This document shows, in pieces, positions 20,550 to 31,864 of a DNA stretch of 64,000 nucleotides. The stretch comes from an uncultured delta proteobacterium (GTDB taxonomy: Bacteria > Desulfobacterota > WTBG01). The stretch covers positions 32,001-96,000 of the forward strand of contig CAWCBP010000011.1 in NCBI GenBank assembly GCA_963793865.1, given 5' to 3'. The translations under genes were made by a program, and so were the position numbers. Positions within the stretch are counted from its first letter, which is position 1. Each line of letters starts with the position of its first letter. The notes beneath the pieces are model-generated. The model did no database searches. It was not told where the DNA came from and saw only the letters and a list, made by a program, of their open reading frames with translations.

Positions 20550-21446
20550 CTAAACCCTGAGAAAGCGGCCCATGGAAAAAGCGCAGCCGAAGATCCCCAG
20601 CGCGATGCCGAGCAGTACCAGCGCTCCCATGAGACTGTATGGCAGAAAGGTGAGCTGCATCGGTCCGAGAAAGAGGCTGTAGTCATTAACCAGCTTGTGC
20701 ACAAGCGCCTTGTATCCCGCGTAGAGCATCCCAAGCGACAGCAGCGATGCCAGCAGGCCCTGGGCGATGCCTTCCAGGAAAAAGGGAATGCGGATGGAAA
20801 GGTTGGTCGCGCCCACCAGCTTCATGATTTCTATTTCCTCCCGCCTGCTGTAGATGGTCAGCCTGATGGTGTTGGATATGATGAATACCGTGGCCAGCAG
20901 CAGGAAGCTGCCGATGCTCAGGCCCACCAGTTTCAGCATGCTGATAAACGCCGAAAACCGCTGCAGCCATTCCTGGCCGTAATCCACCTCGGCCGAGGCG
21001 GCGATCTTTTTAACCCCGCCGATGAACGCCTGCAGGTCTTCGGGATTGGTGTGCTCTTCCTTCAGCTCAATTTCAAATGAGGGCGGCAGGGGGTTTTCGC
21101 GCAGGTCGTCAAGCAGCCCTGCCTGTGTCTTGAGACCCTCCTTGAGCCGGGCCAGCGCCTCTTCCTTTGAAACAAGGGTAACCTTTTTGGCCTGAGGAAG
21201 CCCGGCGATGCCTTCGCCTGCCCGGGTTATGTCCTGCGCGCTGCTTGCCCGGTCCAGGTAGACGACGACCTGCATGTCTTTGCCCAGTTCGTTGAATGTC
21301 CGGTCCAGGTTGATGACCGTAATCATGAAGATGCCCAGGGTCAAAAGCGCGAAGGCTATGGTTCCCGCGGCGATGAGGTGGATGAAAAGATTATTCCTGA
21401 TGCCCTGAATTGCTTCCCTGAGGAAAAAAGGAACTTTCGAAAACAT
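20550..21446 (-). CDS. ftsX: Cell division permease FtsX
   Basis: NPLP, ISNTIRLTIYSRREEIEIMKLVGAT motif. Confidence 0.95.
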   Translation of the reverse strand: MFSKVPFFLREAIQGIRNNLFIHLIAAGTIAFALLTLGIFMITVINLDRTFNELGKDMQVVVYLDRASSAQDITRAGEGIAGLPQAKKVTLVSKEEALARLKEGLKTQAGLLDDLRENPLPPSFEIELKEEHTNPEDLQAFIGGVKKIAASAEVDYGQEWLQRFSAFISMLKLVGLSIGSFLLLATVFIISNTIRLTIYSRREEIEIMKLVGATNLSIRIPFFLEGIAQGLLASLLSLGMLYAGYKALVHKLVNDYSLFLGPMQLTFLPYSLMGALVLLGIALGIFGCAFSMGRFLRV

Positions 21447-21457
21447 GATGGCTACCG

Positions 21458-22117
21458 TCAGTCCTGGCCGGCAATGCGACCCTGCTCTATGATGATGTGC
21501 CTGGTGGCGTACTGCCGGGCAAGCACCATGTTATGCGACGCGATGACGATGGTGGTTCCCCGCTGATTGATGGCCTTGAGAAGCTCCATGATGTCCTGCG
21601 TAATCTGAGCGTCGAGATTCCCCGTCGGCTCATCCGCCAGCAGGATAATGGGATCGTTCACGATCGCCCGCGCTATGGCGATGCGCTGCTGCTCGCCGCC
21701 TGACAGCTCAAGGGGCCTGGAATCCAGACGGTTCTGCAGCCCCACCAGCTTCAGCACCTGCCACGCCTTCCGCTTGATCTCCCGGGGCCGGGTCCCGGTG
21801 ACCTCCAGGGCAAAGACCACGTTTTCGTAGGCAGTCCTGCTGAGCAGCAGCTTGAAATCCTGGAACACAACCCCTATGCTTCTTCTTAAGGGCGGGATGC
21901 CCGACGTGCGCAGTTTGGCGAAGTTGACGCCGTTGACGATGATCTGCCCCGAGGTGGCGTGCTCGGCGCAGAAAATGAGCTTGATGAGGGTGGTCTTGCC
22001 GGCCCCGCTGGGCCCGGTGATAAAGGTGAACTCGCCCTTTTTAATGTGCAGGTTGATATCGGAGAGCGCCTTGCGGTTGCCCGGGTAGACCTTGTGAACA
22101 TTAAACATCTGGATCAT
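21458..22117 (-). CDS. ftsE: Cell division ATP-binding protein FtsE
   Basis: [34 protein letters not shown]. Confidence 0.96.
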   Translation of the reverse strand: MIQMFNVHKVYPGNRKALSDINLHIKKGEFTFITGPSGAGKTTLIKLIFCAEHATSGQIIVNGVNFAKLRTSGIPPLRRSIGVVFQDFKLLLSRTAYENVVFALEVTGTRPREIKRKAWQVLKLVGLQNRLDSRPLELSGGEQQRIAIARAIVNDPIILLADEPTGNLDAQITQDIMELLKAINQRGTTIVIASHNMVLARQYATRHIIIEQGRIAGQD

Positions 22118-22146
22118 AGCTATCCTGCCGGAGAGAAGAAGGGGGC

Positions 22147-23115
22147 TTATTTCTGGCGCAGGACGTCTTTCACGGCTGATATGATGTGGCTGGGATTCAG
22201 GCGGCAGTGTTCCAAAAGCTCAGCGGGGCGTCCCGAGGTGCCGGGCCTGTCCTGTACCCCTATCCGTCTCATTGGTGTCGGGCGGTGTTCAGACAGCACC
22301 TCGGCAACGGCACTTCCCAAACCTCCGATGACCGAGTGCTCTTCAGCGGTGACCACCGCGCCTGTTTCACCGGCTGCCTGAATTATCAGCTCCTGGTCAA
22401 TGGGCTTGATGGTGGAGATGTTGATTACCCGGGCCGAAATGCGTTCTCCCTCAAGCTGCCCGGCCGCTTTCAACGCCTGGGAAACCATGTAGCCTGCGGC
22501 AAAGATGGTGACATCGCCTCCCGCCTTCATCACCGTTCCCCTGCCCACGACAAACTCGTAGCCGGCATCGAAGAGCACGGGGAAGTCCATGCGCGACAGC
22601 CGCACGTATGCCGGGCCGCGGTGATTGACCAGCGTCCGCAGCGCCTTCTCCGTTTCGATGCCGTCAGCGGGGACGATGACCGTCATGTTGGGCAGAATCC
22701 TCATCAGGCCGATGTCTTCAAGGCACTGATGGGAGGCGCCGTCCTCGCCGACGGTGATGCCGGCGTGGGTGGCGACGATTTTTACATTGAGGTTGGGATT
22801 GGCCACGGACTGCCGTATCTGCTCCCAGGGCTTGCCGACGGCGAAGATGGCGAAGGTGCTGGCAAAGGGGATCTTGCCGATCGTTGCCAGGCCCGCCGCC
22901 GTCCCGATCATGTCCGCCTCGGCGATGCCCATGTTGAAAAAGCGGTGGGGGAACTTTTTGTGGAAGGCCTCGGTCTTGGTGGAACCGGAGAGGTCGGCGT
23001 TCAGCACCACGATCGATTCGTAACGCTCCCCCAAATCCACCAGGACGTCGCCGTACACATTCCGCGTTGCCAGCATGGCGGTCACCGGCTTGCCTTTTTC
23101 AGCCTCTGCTCTCAT
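22147..23115 (-). CDS. tkt: Transketolase, C-terminal subunit (split type)
   Basis: GIAEADM, GEDGASHQ, EEHSVIGGLG. Confidence 0.93.
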   Translation of the reverse strand: MRAEAEKGKPVTAMLATRNVYGDVLVDLGERYESIVVLNADLSGSTKTEAFHKKFPHRFFNMGIAEADMIGTAAGLATIGKIPFASTFAIFAVGKPWEQIRQSVANPNLNVKIVATHAGITVGEDGASHQCLEDIGLMRILPNMTVIVPADGIETEKALRTLVNHRGPAYVRLSRMDFPVLFDAGYEFVVGRGTVMKAGGDVTIFAAGYMVSQALKAAGQLEGERISARVINISTIKPIDQELIIQAAGETGAVVTAEEHSVIGGLGSAVAEVLSEHRPTPMRRIGVQDRPGTSGRPAELLEHCRLNPSHIISAVKDVLRQK

Positions 23116-23930
23116 AGCTCCTTGAGCGCCCTTTCCAGTTCATCGTCTGACGGCGAGATCCCATGATACTTGAGCTTGTTTTCAAAGAAGGAAACGCCTT
23201 TTCCTTTTACGGTGGCGCAAATAATGATGGAGGGCTTCCCCTTGATCTTTTCAGCCGTGTCCAGCGCGTCGAGAAGGGATTCGATGGAATGGCCGTCCGC
23301 CTCGAGCACGTGCCAGCCGAATGCGCGCCATTTGTCGGCAATGGGCTCGATGTTCATGATTTCCCGCACCGGCCCGTCGATCTGCAGGCCGTTGTGGTCG
23401 AGCAATGCGCAGAGGTTGTCAATCTTGTAATGCGCGGCGGTCATGGCCGCCTCCCAGATCTGGCCCTCCTGCACCTCCCCGTCGCCGAGCAGCACATACA
23501 CCCGCGCGGTTTTCCTGTCCAGCTTGAGCCCCAGCGCCATCCCGTTGGCAATGGACAGGCCCTGGCCGAGCGATCCGGTCGAGACTTCCACGCCCGGTGT
23601 GGAGTTCATGTCCGGGTGTCCCTGGAGCATGCATCCCAGCTTACGCAGCGACTTGAGCTCCTCCCGGTCAAAGTATCCGCACTGTGCCAGTGTCGCGTAG
23701 AGCACCGGCGCGCCATGGCCCTTGGAGAGGACGAAGCGGTCCCTCTCCTCCCATCGCGGATTCGAGGGATTGTGCTTCATCTTGGAACAATAGAGCGCGG
23801 TCAGTATATCGGCGGCTGACAGGGAGCCGCCGGTGTGGCCCGACCCTGCGCGGTTGAGCATGTCGAGTATGTCGATTCGTATCTGCCGCGCTTTATCATT
23901 CAAAGCCGCGCATTCTTCGGAGCTGATCAT
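23112..23930 (-). CDS. tkt: Transketolase, N-terminal subunit (split type)
   Basis: SGHTGGSLS, DRFVLSKGH, GSLGQG, GDGEVQEG TPP motif. Confidence 0.95.
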   Translation of the reverse strand: MISSEECAALNDKARQIRIDILDMLNRAGSGHTGGSLSAADILTALYCSKMKHNPSNPRWEERDRFVLSKGHGAPVLYATLAQCGYFDREELKSLRKLGCMLQGHPDMNSTPGVEVSTGSLGQGLSIANGMALGLKLDRKTARVYVLLGDGEVQEGQIWEAAMTAAHYKIDNLCALLDHNGLQIDGPVREIMNIEPIADKWRAFGWHVLEADGHSIESLLDALDTAEKIKGKPSIIICATVKGKGVSFFENKLKYHGISPSDDELERALKEL

Positions 23931-24155
23931 TGTCACCTCAGCGGTTGAATACCCGCTGCTTAAAGAACATTGTTGCACTCATATCCGGATGCAGCTGTCA
24001 CCCAACAAATTGCGCTATCCTTATACCAAAAAGAAAGGAGATGTAAAGCACTTTTCTCCGCGGGTAAATTGCTTGTTAATCATGCTTCTTACCTGTCCTT
24101 GAGTTTTGCGTTAACTCAGTGATTCTTTTTCCCGCCCTGTGATTCTTATCAACCT

Positions 24156-24183
24156 GTAGGGGCGACCGGCCGGTCGCCCCTAC
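24156..24183. repeat. GTAG-type REP: GTAGGGGCGACCGGCCGGTCGCCCCTAC
   Basis: Perfect 28-bp palindrome; identical copy at 48941-48968. Confidence 0.85.
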
Positions 24184-24291
24184 GTATTTTCGGGTTAAAC
24201 CCCTATGCCCCGCGGGGCACTACGAAACGGACCTCCTTTTCGATTCACAACAAGATACACGTAAGCAAGGGATTGGAATGGCACGAGACGT

Positions 24292-24945
24292 TCAGGCGCA
24301 GGTAACGAGAAAAGGCTGAAGGTGCTGCATGCTGATGGCGCCTTCGCGGACGATGCGGGGCGGGGAAGCGGTCAGATCTACAATGGTTGACGGCAATCCT
24401 CCCGGGGCGGGGCCTCCGTCAATGATCATGTCAACTCTGTCGCCCAGCTGGTGATCAACCGCTTCCGCGGAATCACAGCTTGCACCTCCCGAGAGATTGG
24501 CGCTGGTGGCGGTGATGGGCAGCTGTGCCTCTTTGACCAGCAGGCGGGCCAGGGGATGGGAGGAGTCCCGCACCGCCACCGTGCCGGTAGAGGCGGTCAG
24601 CAGCGGTGGAATTTTCCCCGATGCCTTGAAAATGAGGGTTAAGGGACCGGGCCAGAACGTGCGTATCAGGGAGCGGGCGCATTCAGGAATCTGCACGGCG
24701 ATTTCCTCCAGCATGGATTCGCCGTGAATGATGAGGGGGAGGGGTTTATCAAACATTCTCCCCTTGATGGCAAATACCCTTTGTAGCGCCGGCTCGTGGT
24801 AGGCGGAAACGCCGAGGGCATAGAACGTCTCGGTCGGGAAGGCGACCGTTTTTCCCTCCTGCAGGCAGGCAGCGGCCCGTCTCAGCGTCTGCGAATCAGG
24901 GCTGCGCGGGTCCAGTTGTACGATGTGAGACATCCCCGGTTTCAC
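24292..24945 (-). CDS. tsaC: L-threonylcarbamoyladenylate synthase (TsaC/Sua5)
   Basis: [38 protein letters not shown]. Confidence 0.93.
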   Translation of the reverse strand: MKPGMSHIVQLDPRSPDSQTLRRAAACLQEGKTVAFPTETFYALGVSAYHEPALQRVFAIKGRMFDKPLPLIIHGESMLEEIAVQIPECARSLIRTFWPGPLTLIFKASGKIPPLLTASTGTVAVRDSSHPLARLLVKEAQLPITATSANLSGGASCDSAEAVDHQLGDRVDMIIDGGPAPGGLPSTIVDLTASPPRIVREGAISMQHLQPFLVTCA

Positions 24946-25454
24946 CTGGCTTTTTTTAGATTTTTTGCCAGCTGTCTGGCCTTGCGGGAAACATCAGCGG
25001 CCAGCCTTTTTTTGTGCAGCGTGAGCTTCTTTTTAAGGGTGGGTTGCTTGAGGGAGAGTATTTGAATGGCGAAGATAGCCGCGTTCTTTGCCCCTGCCTT
25101 GCCGATGGCCATGGTGGCAACGGGTATGCCGCCGGGCATCTGCACGGTTGAAAGGAGCGAGTCAAGCCCTTTCAGCGCGGAAGAATCAATGGGGACCCCA
25201 AGGACCGGCAGGGTGGTCTTGGAGGCAATGACGCCGGCCAGGTGCGCCGCGGCGCCGGCCCCGGCTATGATCACCTCGATGCCTTTCCTGTGGGCGTTTT
25301 TTGCAAGCGCCTCCGTCAGTTCGGGGGAGCGGTGGGCGGAGGCGATGCACATTTCATACGGCACGCCGAACTCATCGAGAATTTTTGCCGCTTCCTGCAT
25401 GATGGGCAGGTCTGAATCGCTGCCCATGACAATCGCGATCTGTGGCCTGGTCAT
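24942..25454 (-). CDS. purE: N5-carboxyaminoimidazole ribonucleotide mutase
   Basis: [32 protein letters not shown]. Confidence 0.97.
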   Translation of the reverse strand: MTRPQIAIVMGSDSDLPIMQEAAKILDEFGVPYEMCIASAHRSPELTEALAKNAHRKGIEVIIAGAGAAAHLAGVIASKTTLPVLGVPIDSSALKGLDSLLSTVQMPGGIPVATMAIGKAGAKNAAIFAIQILSLKQPTLKKKLTLHKKRLAADVSRKARQLAKNLKKAR

Positions 25455-26239
25455 CTGGCTCCTCCCGGTAATAATTTTTGCTCGGCATCGCGCAGGCATT
25501 TCTGCGCTTCAGGATAGCCGGGTTTGATCTCCAGGGCCCTGCTGAAATAGGCCTGTGCCTCTTGAAACCATCCGCCCCGGAGGCAGTTTTTTCCGGCGGC
25601 GAGGTATGCCTGCTCCGGGTGCTCCGGATAGAGGGCGTCGATTATTTTCTGCAGGCTGTTCCTGCCCAGGGCCTTCTCAACCAGCTCGCTCTCTTCGAGG
25701 AGGCAGCGTATCAGCAGCCCGTTGTGGGTATGGATGGCCAGGAGTTCCCGAAGCTGTTCCGACGCCCTGGCAAACAGCTCATGCATACTTTTTATCCCGG
25801 CGCCCAGATTCCTGGCGGCTTTTTCAATGACGGTGGCAATGGTAACATATTCCGACAGGACTTCCTGAATGTCTTCTTTGCTGTCGGATGTTTGAATCCC
25901 TTCCGTTCTGGGCTGGTAGCTCTCAAGCTGGTAGGCGTCTTCTTTAAGTTTTATTCCTTCATGGAAAATGGATCCCACCGTCCAGTCAAACAGATACTCG
26001 CTCAGGGTGAGCTGGGCGTCCGAATCCCTGAAAAGCAAATGGCAGCTGTCCTTGAGGTTCCAGAGAGGCCCTTTTCTTGTCTCTGTCCCTATCCAGTATT
26101 GCATGCGTTCAAAGGGGACTGTTTTGTGTTTGCGATAGTGCCCGTAAAGCTCATCAAAAAAGACTTTTGCCTCCAGGAAGTTGTACACCAGGTCCCTGAA
26201 AAACAGATTCCTTCTTTCTTCAAACCAGCGGTTGGTCAT
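25451..26239 (-). CDS. Hypothetical helical protein with C-terminal TPR
   Basis: Coupled by ATGA overlaps to purD and pur[29 protein letters not shown]-like end. Confidence 0.8.
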   Translation of the reverse strand: MTNRWFEERRNLFFRDLVYNFLEAKVFFDELYGHYRKHKTVPFERMQYWIGTETRKGPLWNLKDSCHLLFRDSDAQLTLSEYLFDWTVGSIFHEGIKLKEDAYQLESYQPRTEGIQTSDSKEDIQEVLSEYVTIATVIEKAARNLGAGIKSMHELFARASEQLRELLAIHTHNGLLIRCLLEESELVEKALGRNSLQKIIDALYPEHPEQAYLAAGKNCLRGGWFQEAQAYFSRALEIKPGYPEAQKCLRDAEQKLLPGGAR

Positions 26240-27525
26240 ATTTTCCTTGCACCTTCTCTATTGAGTGCCTTCCGTCCGATGTCCTTCCGGTAATAAACGC
26301 CGTCCCAGCGGATGCGTGCCGCCGCGTCATAGGCACGCGCAATGGCATCTTCGATGGTGCCGCCCAGCGCGGTGACACCCAGGACCCTGCCGCCGTTTAC
26401 AACCACCCGGTTGCCATCAAGGGAAGTCCCGGCGTGGAACACCTGGACGTCCGGCAGGGATTGCGCTTCCGTAAGACCCTCTATGGCCATGCCCTTGCGG
26501 TAGCTTCCCGGGTATCCTTCTGATGCCATGACGATGCACACCGCGGGCCTTTCATCCCAGGTAACGGCTGCGCCATCGAGCGTTCCGTCGGCGATTGCAT
26601 CCAGCACCGGTATGATATCGCTTTTCATCCTCATCATGATGGGCTGCGTTTCAGGATCGCCGGAGCGTGCATTAAACTCCAGCACCCGGATGGCCTCTCC
26701 ATCAATCATCATTCCGGCGTAGAGAATGCCTTTGAAAGGGGATCCCTCTGCAGCCATTCCCTTCACCACCGGCGTCATGACCTCATCCATGATCCTGCGG
26801 GCGAGTTTTTCGGTTATGACCGGCGCGGGTGAATAGGCGCCCATCCCGCCGGTGTTGGGGCCTTTGTCGCCGTCATAGATCGCCTTGTGGTCCTGGGTTG
26901 AGGGCATGGGCAGGATGGTTTTGCCGTCAGTGAAGGCGATGAATGAAGCCTCCTCCCCCCGGAGGAAATCCTCGATGACGATGCGGCTTCCCGCTGCGCC
27001 GAACTCCTTCCGGGTCAAAATGGTGTCGATGGCTTTTTCAGCCTCCTCAAGGCTGTGCACCGGCATCACGCCTTTGCCCGCTGCCAGCCCGTCGGCTTTT
27101 ATTACCGCCGGTACGCCCCTTTTCCGGAGATGTGCCACTGCCGCCGATGGTGAGTCAAAAGACGCGTAGTCTGCGGTGGGAACACGGTATTTTTTCATCA
27201 GGTCTTTGGCGAAGAGCTTGCTGCCCTCGATCCGCGCAGCTGCCCGGTCGGGCCCGCAGATTTTCAACCCGTAGCGCTTGAACTCATCAATAATGCCCAG
27301 GGTGAGGGGCAGCTCGGGTCCCACCACGGTGAGATCGACGCTCTTTGAGAGCGCGAAGGCGGCAAGCTTTTTTATTTCATCGACCGGGACGGGCACGCAC
27401 TCGGCGAGGGACGCGATCCCCGCGTTGCCCGGCGCGGCGTAGATGTGCTTCACCTTCGGGCTCTGCGCGATCTTCCAGATGAGGGCGTGCTCTCTTCCCC
27501 CGCTACCTATTACGAGGATCTTCAT
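26236..27525 (-). CDS. purD: Phosphoribosylamine--glycine ligase
   Basis: GSGGREHAL, KADGLAAGKGV, QDHK, GPNTGGMGAY. Confidence 0.98.
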   Translation of the reverse strand: MKILVIGSGGREHALIWKIAQSPKVKHIYAAPGNAGIASLAECVPVPVDEIKKLAAFALSKSVDLTVVGPELPLTLGIIDEFKRYGLKICGPDRAAARIEGSKLFAKDLMKKYRVPTADYASFDSPSAAVAHLRKRGVPAVIKADGLAAGKGVMPVHSLEEAEKAIDTILTRKEFGAAGSRIVIEDFLRGEEASFIAFTDGKTILPMPSTQDHKAIYDGDKGPNTGGMGAYSPAPVITEKLARRIMDEVMTPVVKGMAAEGSPFKGILYAGMMIDGEAIRVLEFNARSGDPETQPIMMRMKSDIIPVLDAIADGTLDGAAVTWDERPAVCIVMASEGYPGSYRKGMAIEGLTEAQSLPDVQVFHAGTSLDGNRVVVNGGRVLGVTALGGTIEDAIARAYDAAARIRWDGVYYRKDIGRKALNREGARKI

Positions 27526-27534
27526 AGCATACCT

Positions 27535-27837
27535 GAGGGGTCAGGGTTCAGGGTTCAGGGTAAAGCACCTCTGTCTGTAACAATTGGCGCAGCTTGTCTC
27601 GCATATCATGCGCACTCCTACCGGCAAATTTGAAATCCGAATATCGAAGCACGCAATGCAAAGATCAACGCTGAACATTCAACTTCCAACGTCCAACTTT
27701 GAACGAAAAGAAAATTCCTTTTCATTGGATGTTGAACGTTGGACGTTAGAGTTTTGAATTTGTTTTGTGTTTCGAATGTGTAAGTCGGCTGGGTTATCGT
27801 TTCCTGTCGACCCTGCACCCTGATCCCTGTACCCTCT
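27535..27837. repeat. Nested inverted heptamer arrays (agggttc ... tgaccct-like; ccaacgt ... acgttgg-like) in the purH-purD spacer
   Basis: Outer arms 27535-27560 and 27809-27837; inner arms about 27670-27755. Confidence 0.6.
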
Positions 27838-27840
27838 CTT

Positions 27841-29407
27841 TTAATGTTTAAAATGTCTCATGCCGGTGAAGATCATGGCCATGCCGAACTCGTTGGCTGC
27901 AGCGATAACTTCTTTGTCCCTGATGGAACCGCCCGGCTGGATGATGGCGACCGCGCCGGCCTTGGCCGCTTCGTCAACGCTGTCCCTGAAGGGGAACATG
28001 GCGTCTGAGGCCATGCAGGTTCCCTTGATGGGGAACTGGGCCTTGGACACCGCTATTTTCGAGGAGTCGATCCGGCTCATCTGCCCGGCCCCGATGCCGA
28101 TGGTCTGGTCCGGCGTGGTGTACACGATGGCGTTTGACTTGACGTGCTTGCACACCTTCCAGCCGAATGCCAGCGCCTTGTACTCTTCCTCGGTGGGGGT
28201 TCGGGTGGTGACCACCTTGCACTTTTTGATGTCGTCGATCTTGCCCAGGTCCCGCTGCTGGATGAGCATGCCCCCGACCACCTTTTTCATATCAAATCCG
28301 GTGGAGACATAGCCTTTGGTGAAGGGAACTTCGAGCAGGCGGATATCCTTCTTGGCGCTGAAGATGCTTCGGGCTTCCTCCGAGTAGCCCGGGGCGATGA
28401 CCACCTCGGTAAAGATGGAGGTGATGGCCCTGGCCGTCTCTGCGTCGCAGGGCCGGTTGAGGGCGACGATGCCTCCGAAGGCGGAAATGGGATCGCAGGA
28501 CTGAGCCTTGCGGTAGGCATCCGCCAGCGATTGCCGTGGACCGTGCCACCCCGCAGGGATTGGAGTGTTTAATAATCACCACGGCGGTTTCCTCGAATTC
28601 CTTGACCGTATCCAGCGCCGCGTCGGCATCCATGATATTGTTGTAGGAAATCTCTTTTCCCTGCAGCAGGGTCGCGCCCGCGATGCAGGGCTCGTTTATG
28701 GAAAGCTCGCGGTAGAAGGCGCCCTTCTGATGGGGGTTTTCCCCGTAGCGCAGTTTGTAGTCTGCTTTATTGTACTGAAGGGTGATGACTTCGGGGAAGA
28801 GGTCCTTCTCGCCGTCCCGGAGTGAGCCGAGATAGTTGGCAATGGCGCCGTCATAGCGGGCGGTGTTCTGAAAAACCTTTTTGGCCAGCCCGAAGTTGGT
28901 TTCCGCCGACACGCTGCCGCCGCTTCGTTCCATCTCCTCGAGAATCGCCTTGTAATCGCCGGGATCGATGACCACGGTGACATCGGCATGGTTCTTTGCC
29001 GCCGAGCGGATCATGGCCGGCCCCCCGATGTCGATGTTCTCGATGGCATCCTCGAAGGTGCAGCCTTCCTTGGCAATGGTCGCCTCAAAGGGATACAGGT
29101 TGACCACCACCATGTCAATGGGCTCGATCCCGTGTTCCTTCATCTTGCTCACGTGGGCGGGAAGGGAGCGCCGCCCCAGCAGGCCGCCGTGTATCTTGGG
29201 ATGCAGCGTCTTGACCCTGCCGTCGAGCATTTCCGGGAATCCCGTGTAATGGGATACATCCTCCACCTCGAGACCGCTGTCCCGCAAGGCTTGCGCCGTC
29301 CCGCCCGTGGACAGGATGGCAATCTTAAACCTGGATAAACCTTTGGCAAAGTCAACCAGCCCCTGTTTATCCGAAACACTGATGAGCGCCCTTTTAATTG
29401 TAGCCAT
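27841..29407 (-). CDS. purH: Bifunctional AICAR transformylase/IMP cyclohydrolase, one apparent frameshift near 28533
   Basis: [31 protein letters not shown] in one frame; [25 protein letters not shown] in the other. Confidence 0.95.
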
Positions 29408-29437
29408 ACCGTTTCCTCTCCTCTCCTTACCTGTTAG

Positions 29438-30385
29438 TTATTCTGTAATTTCCCCCAGCATGCCCCCCAAAGCCGATACCGGCAGTGAGGTATCTTCTTC
29501 CGGTGCGGTGCCGGGCGCGCTTTCTTTTTCCTTCTCCTGCTCGTCTACATAGATTTTGTTGTCCAGGAACAGCTTGCCTGCAATGCCCTCGCCCTTTTCC
29601 GTCTTCTTGATGATGCCGTTGATCCTGGCAATAACCTCCCGCAACTGGTTGTAAATCTCGTCATCCTGCATCAGCTTGGCAAGCGTGCCCTCGCTGGCGC
29701 TGATTTTTTCGACCGCGCTTCCTATGTCGGTGAGGGTCTTCTTAAGCTCATTATAGACCGCTTCGTCGGTAAGCAGCTTTCCCAGCGTTCCCTCTCCCCG
29801 TTCAAGTCGCTGTGAGACGTTGTTGAGAGACCTGCTGGTTTCTTCAAGGTTGCTGATGATGGACTGCAGCGCACCTCTCTGTTCCGCCTCACCGGCGCCG
29901 CTGCCGGCCGGCCGGGTGATAATCTGAGTGAGATTTTTAATGCCGGCTGCCACGTCGCTCAATTCCGTGAAGAGCTGGTCTATATCTGCCGGCGGGGCTC
30001 CCTGCAGCAGCTCTCCCCCGTCCTTTACGGCCGGTCTGCCGGGCGTGCCGGGCTTAAGCTCGATATACCGCTCGCCGAGCAGTCCTTCCGAGCGGACAAA
30101 CACCAGGGAGTCTTCCGGAAGTGGAAAGTCCCGTGGCAGGCGCATGGTTATCAATGCCTTGTTGCCTTCAAGCGCCAAGGATTCAACCCGGCCCTTGGTA
30201 ACGCCGAGCACCTTGACCGGTGTGTCCTTGAGCAGGCCGGCCGCGGAATCCAGTTTGACCAGCACCTGGTAGCCTTTATCTTTTCCGAAACTCCACTTGC
30301 CCACAGTGGCGGTCATGTAGATCAGCAGGAGGAAGCTGATTACGACAAAGATGCCGACCTTTATTTCTGTGGTCATCCGTGCCAT
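29438..30385 (-). CDS. mlaD: MlaD/MCE family protein
   Basis: EIKVGIFV TM, GV..GRV, GLLGERYIEL.PG, GEGTLGKLL repeats. Confidence 0.9.
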   Translation of the reverse strand: MARMTTEIKVGIFVVISFLLLIYMTATVGKWSFGKDKGYQVLVKLDSAAGLLKDTPVKVLGVTKGRVESLALEGNKALITMRLPRDFPLPEDSLVFVRSEGLLGERYIELKPGTPGRPAVKDGGELLQGAPPADIDQLFTELSDVAAGIKNLTQIITRPAGSGAGEAEQRGALQSIISNLEETSRSLNNVSQRLERGEGTLGKLLTDEAVYNELKKTLTDIGSAVEKISASEGTLAKLMQDDEIYNQLREVIARINGIIKKTEKGEGIAGKLFLDNKIYVDEQEKEKESAPGTAPEEDTSLPVSALGGMLGEITE

Positions 30386-30447
30386 GAATGCAGCTTCGCT
30401 CGTATTATGTCCCAGAAATAACTCATATAAAATGACACGATAAACCC

Positions 30448-30492
30448 GTCGTTGCGAGGAGTCCCGCTAAGGCGGGACAACGAAGCAATCTC
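30448..30492. repeat. Partial GTCGTTGCGAG...GCAATCTC palindromic element
   Basis: Left half of the family seen at 10708 and 31503. Confidence 0.6.
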
Positions 30493-30560
30493 ATTAAAAA
30501 AGTTTTATAAAATCATAACGCAAGTAAGCGAAGGGTGGGTAAACTGAATCTTTAAACTGC

Positions 30561-31344
30561 CTACAGTTGAAGCTCTGCCCCGGTAATGGGACCTTCCGCC
30601 TTTCCCTGGACGAACTGCTGGACCACGGGATTTGCGGAATTTCTTATCGCGTCGGGTGTACCCGCTTCGATGATCCTGCCCTGGTAGAGCATGGCAATGC
30701 GATCGGCGATCTTATAGGCGCTTACCATGTCGTGGGTGATGGTGATGGAGGTAACCCTGATTTTCCCCCTCATCTCAAGGATCAGCTCGTTGATGGCGTC
30801 CGCCCGGATGGGATCAAGGCCGGTGGTGGGCTCATCGTAAAGCAGGATCTCGGGCTCCATGGCGATTGCCCGCGCCAGGCTGACCCGCTTTCTCATCCCG
30901 CCGCTGAGCGCCGAGGGCATGGAGTCTTCGATTCCGTAAAGGCCCAGCAGGTTCAGCTTTTGGGTGGCCAGCTTCCTGATCTCTTTCTCGCTCAGTTGCG
31001 TGTGCTGGAGCAAGACCGAAGCCCACATTTTCCCAGACGGTGAGCGAATCAAAAAGCGCCCCGGCCTGAAAGAGCATACCAAATTTCTTCCGCAATTGAT
31101 ACAGCTCTTTTTCGCTTAAAGAACCGATGTCCTGACCGGCCACGCGTATGGTTCCCCGCTCTGGGGTCAGAATGCCGATGATGCATTTAATGAGCACACT
31201 TTTCCCGGACCCGCTTCCCCCGATGACCACCAGGCTTTCCCCCCGCCGGACGGTGAGATTGACCCCACGCAGCACATGGTTGTCGCCGAATGACTTGTGC
31301 ACATCGTGAAGTTCGATAAGATTGTGCTCAGTGTCCGGGGTCAT
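30561..31344 (-). CDS. mlaF: MlaF ABC ATP-binding protein, one apparent frameshift near 31010
   Basis: GGSGSGKS and FQAGALFDSL in one frame; LSGGMRKR, YDEPTTGLDP, ITHD in the other. Confidence 0.92.
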
Positions 31345-31411
31345 GGGAAAGAGGTGCTTTCTGATTATTCACCAATCACTTGACGGTTTCTCTTGCAGAA
31401 ATGCCTAGAGC

Positions 31412-31465
31412 CGGTAGGAGCGGCTTTAAGCCGCGAACACATCGCGCGTGAACGCGCTCCTACCG
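31412..31465. repeat. Inverted GTAG-REP doublet (GTAGGAGCGG..GCCGCGA / TCGCG..GCTCCTAC)
   Basis: Same family as the doublet at 50796 and single copies at ~36149, ~37507, ~38754. Confidence 0.8.
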
Positions 31466-31502
31466 AAATTTTTGGATCGTATTTAGAGGACAAGACAGAG
31501 TA

Positions 31503-31568
31503 GTCATTGCGAGGAGCGTAAGCGACGCGGCAATCTAATGAGATTGCTTCGCTGACGCTCGCAATGAC
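31503..31568. repeat. GTCATTGCGAG...CTCGCAATGAC palindromic element
   Basis: Perfect 11-bp terminal inverted repeat with internal GCAATCT/AGATTGC. Confidence 0.8.
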
Positions 31569-31727
31569 AGCATATAACTTCAATTTTTTTTGCCTTGGCA
31601 CCGGCAGGCAAGGGGTGTTTTATCCATATTGCGGAAAAATGTCAACGGTATTTGTAGAAAGTGTGTAAGGAACGGGTAAATACAAGTTTTCACAATGAAA
31701 TCTAAGGGAGTTTTACCATAAAATTAA

Positions 31728-31756
31728 TTGCTTTATCGGGCAATATATGTTTTAAT
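31728..31756 (+). promoter_or_regulatory. Putative sigma70 promoter of the secreted-protein cluster
   Basis: TTGCTT-17 nt-TTTAAT with extended -10 TG. Confidence 0.5.
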
Positions 31757-31815
31757 ACATCTTACTGGTGTTTTTACCGCCACAGGGGGAGAAGTGAAAA
31801 CCACCACGAACATAA

Positions 31816-31864
31816 ACCCTGCTTTTTTCTCAGATGGAGCAATCTGGGAAGGCAGGGATTTTTT
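31816..31864 (+). terminator. Terminator-like hairpin in the 5' leader of the first cluster gene
   Basis: ccctgc..ctcagat/atctggg..ggcaggg stem followed by ATTTTTT, upstream of the GAGGAG RBS. Confidence 0.55.

Noticed and set aside
31365..31601. 78-aa ORF (also 42031-42330 and 56048-56284)
   Set aside because: Translations derive from REP or MITE palindromes (VIAS..EAIS..DC..PRND, VGA..AAPT)
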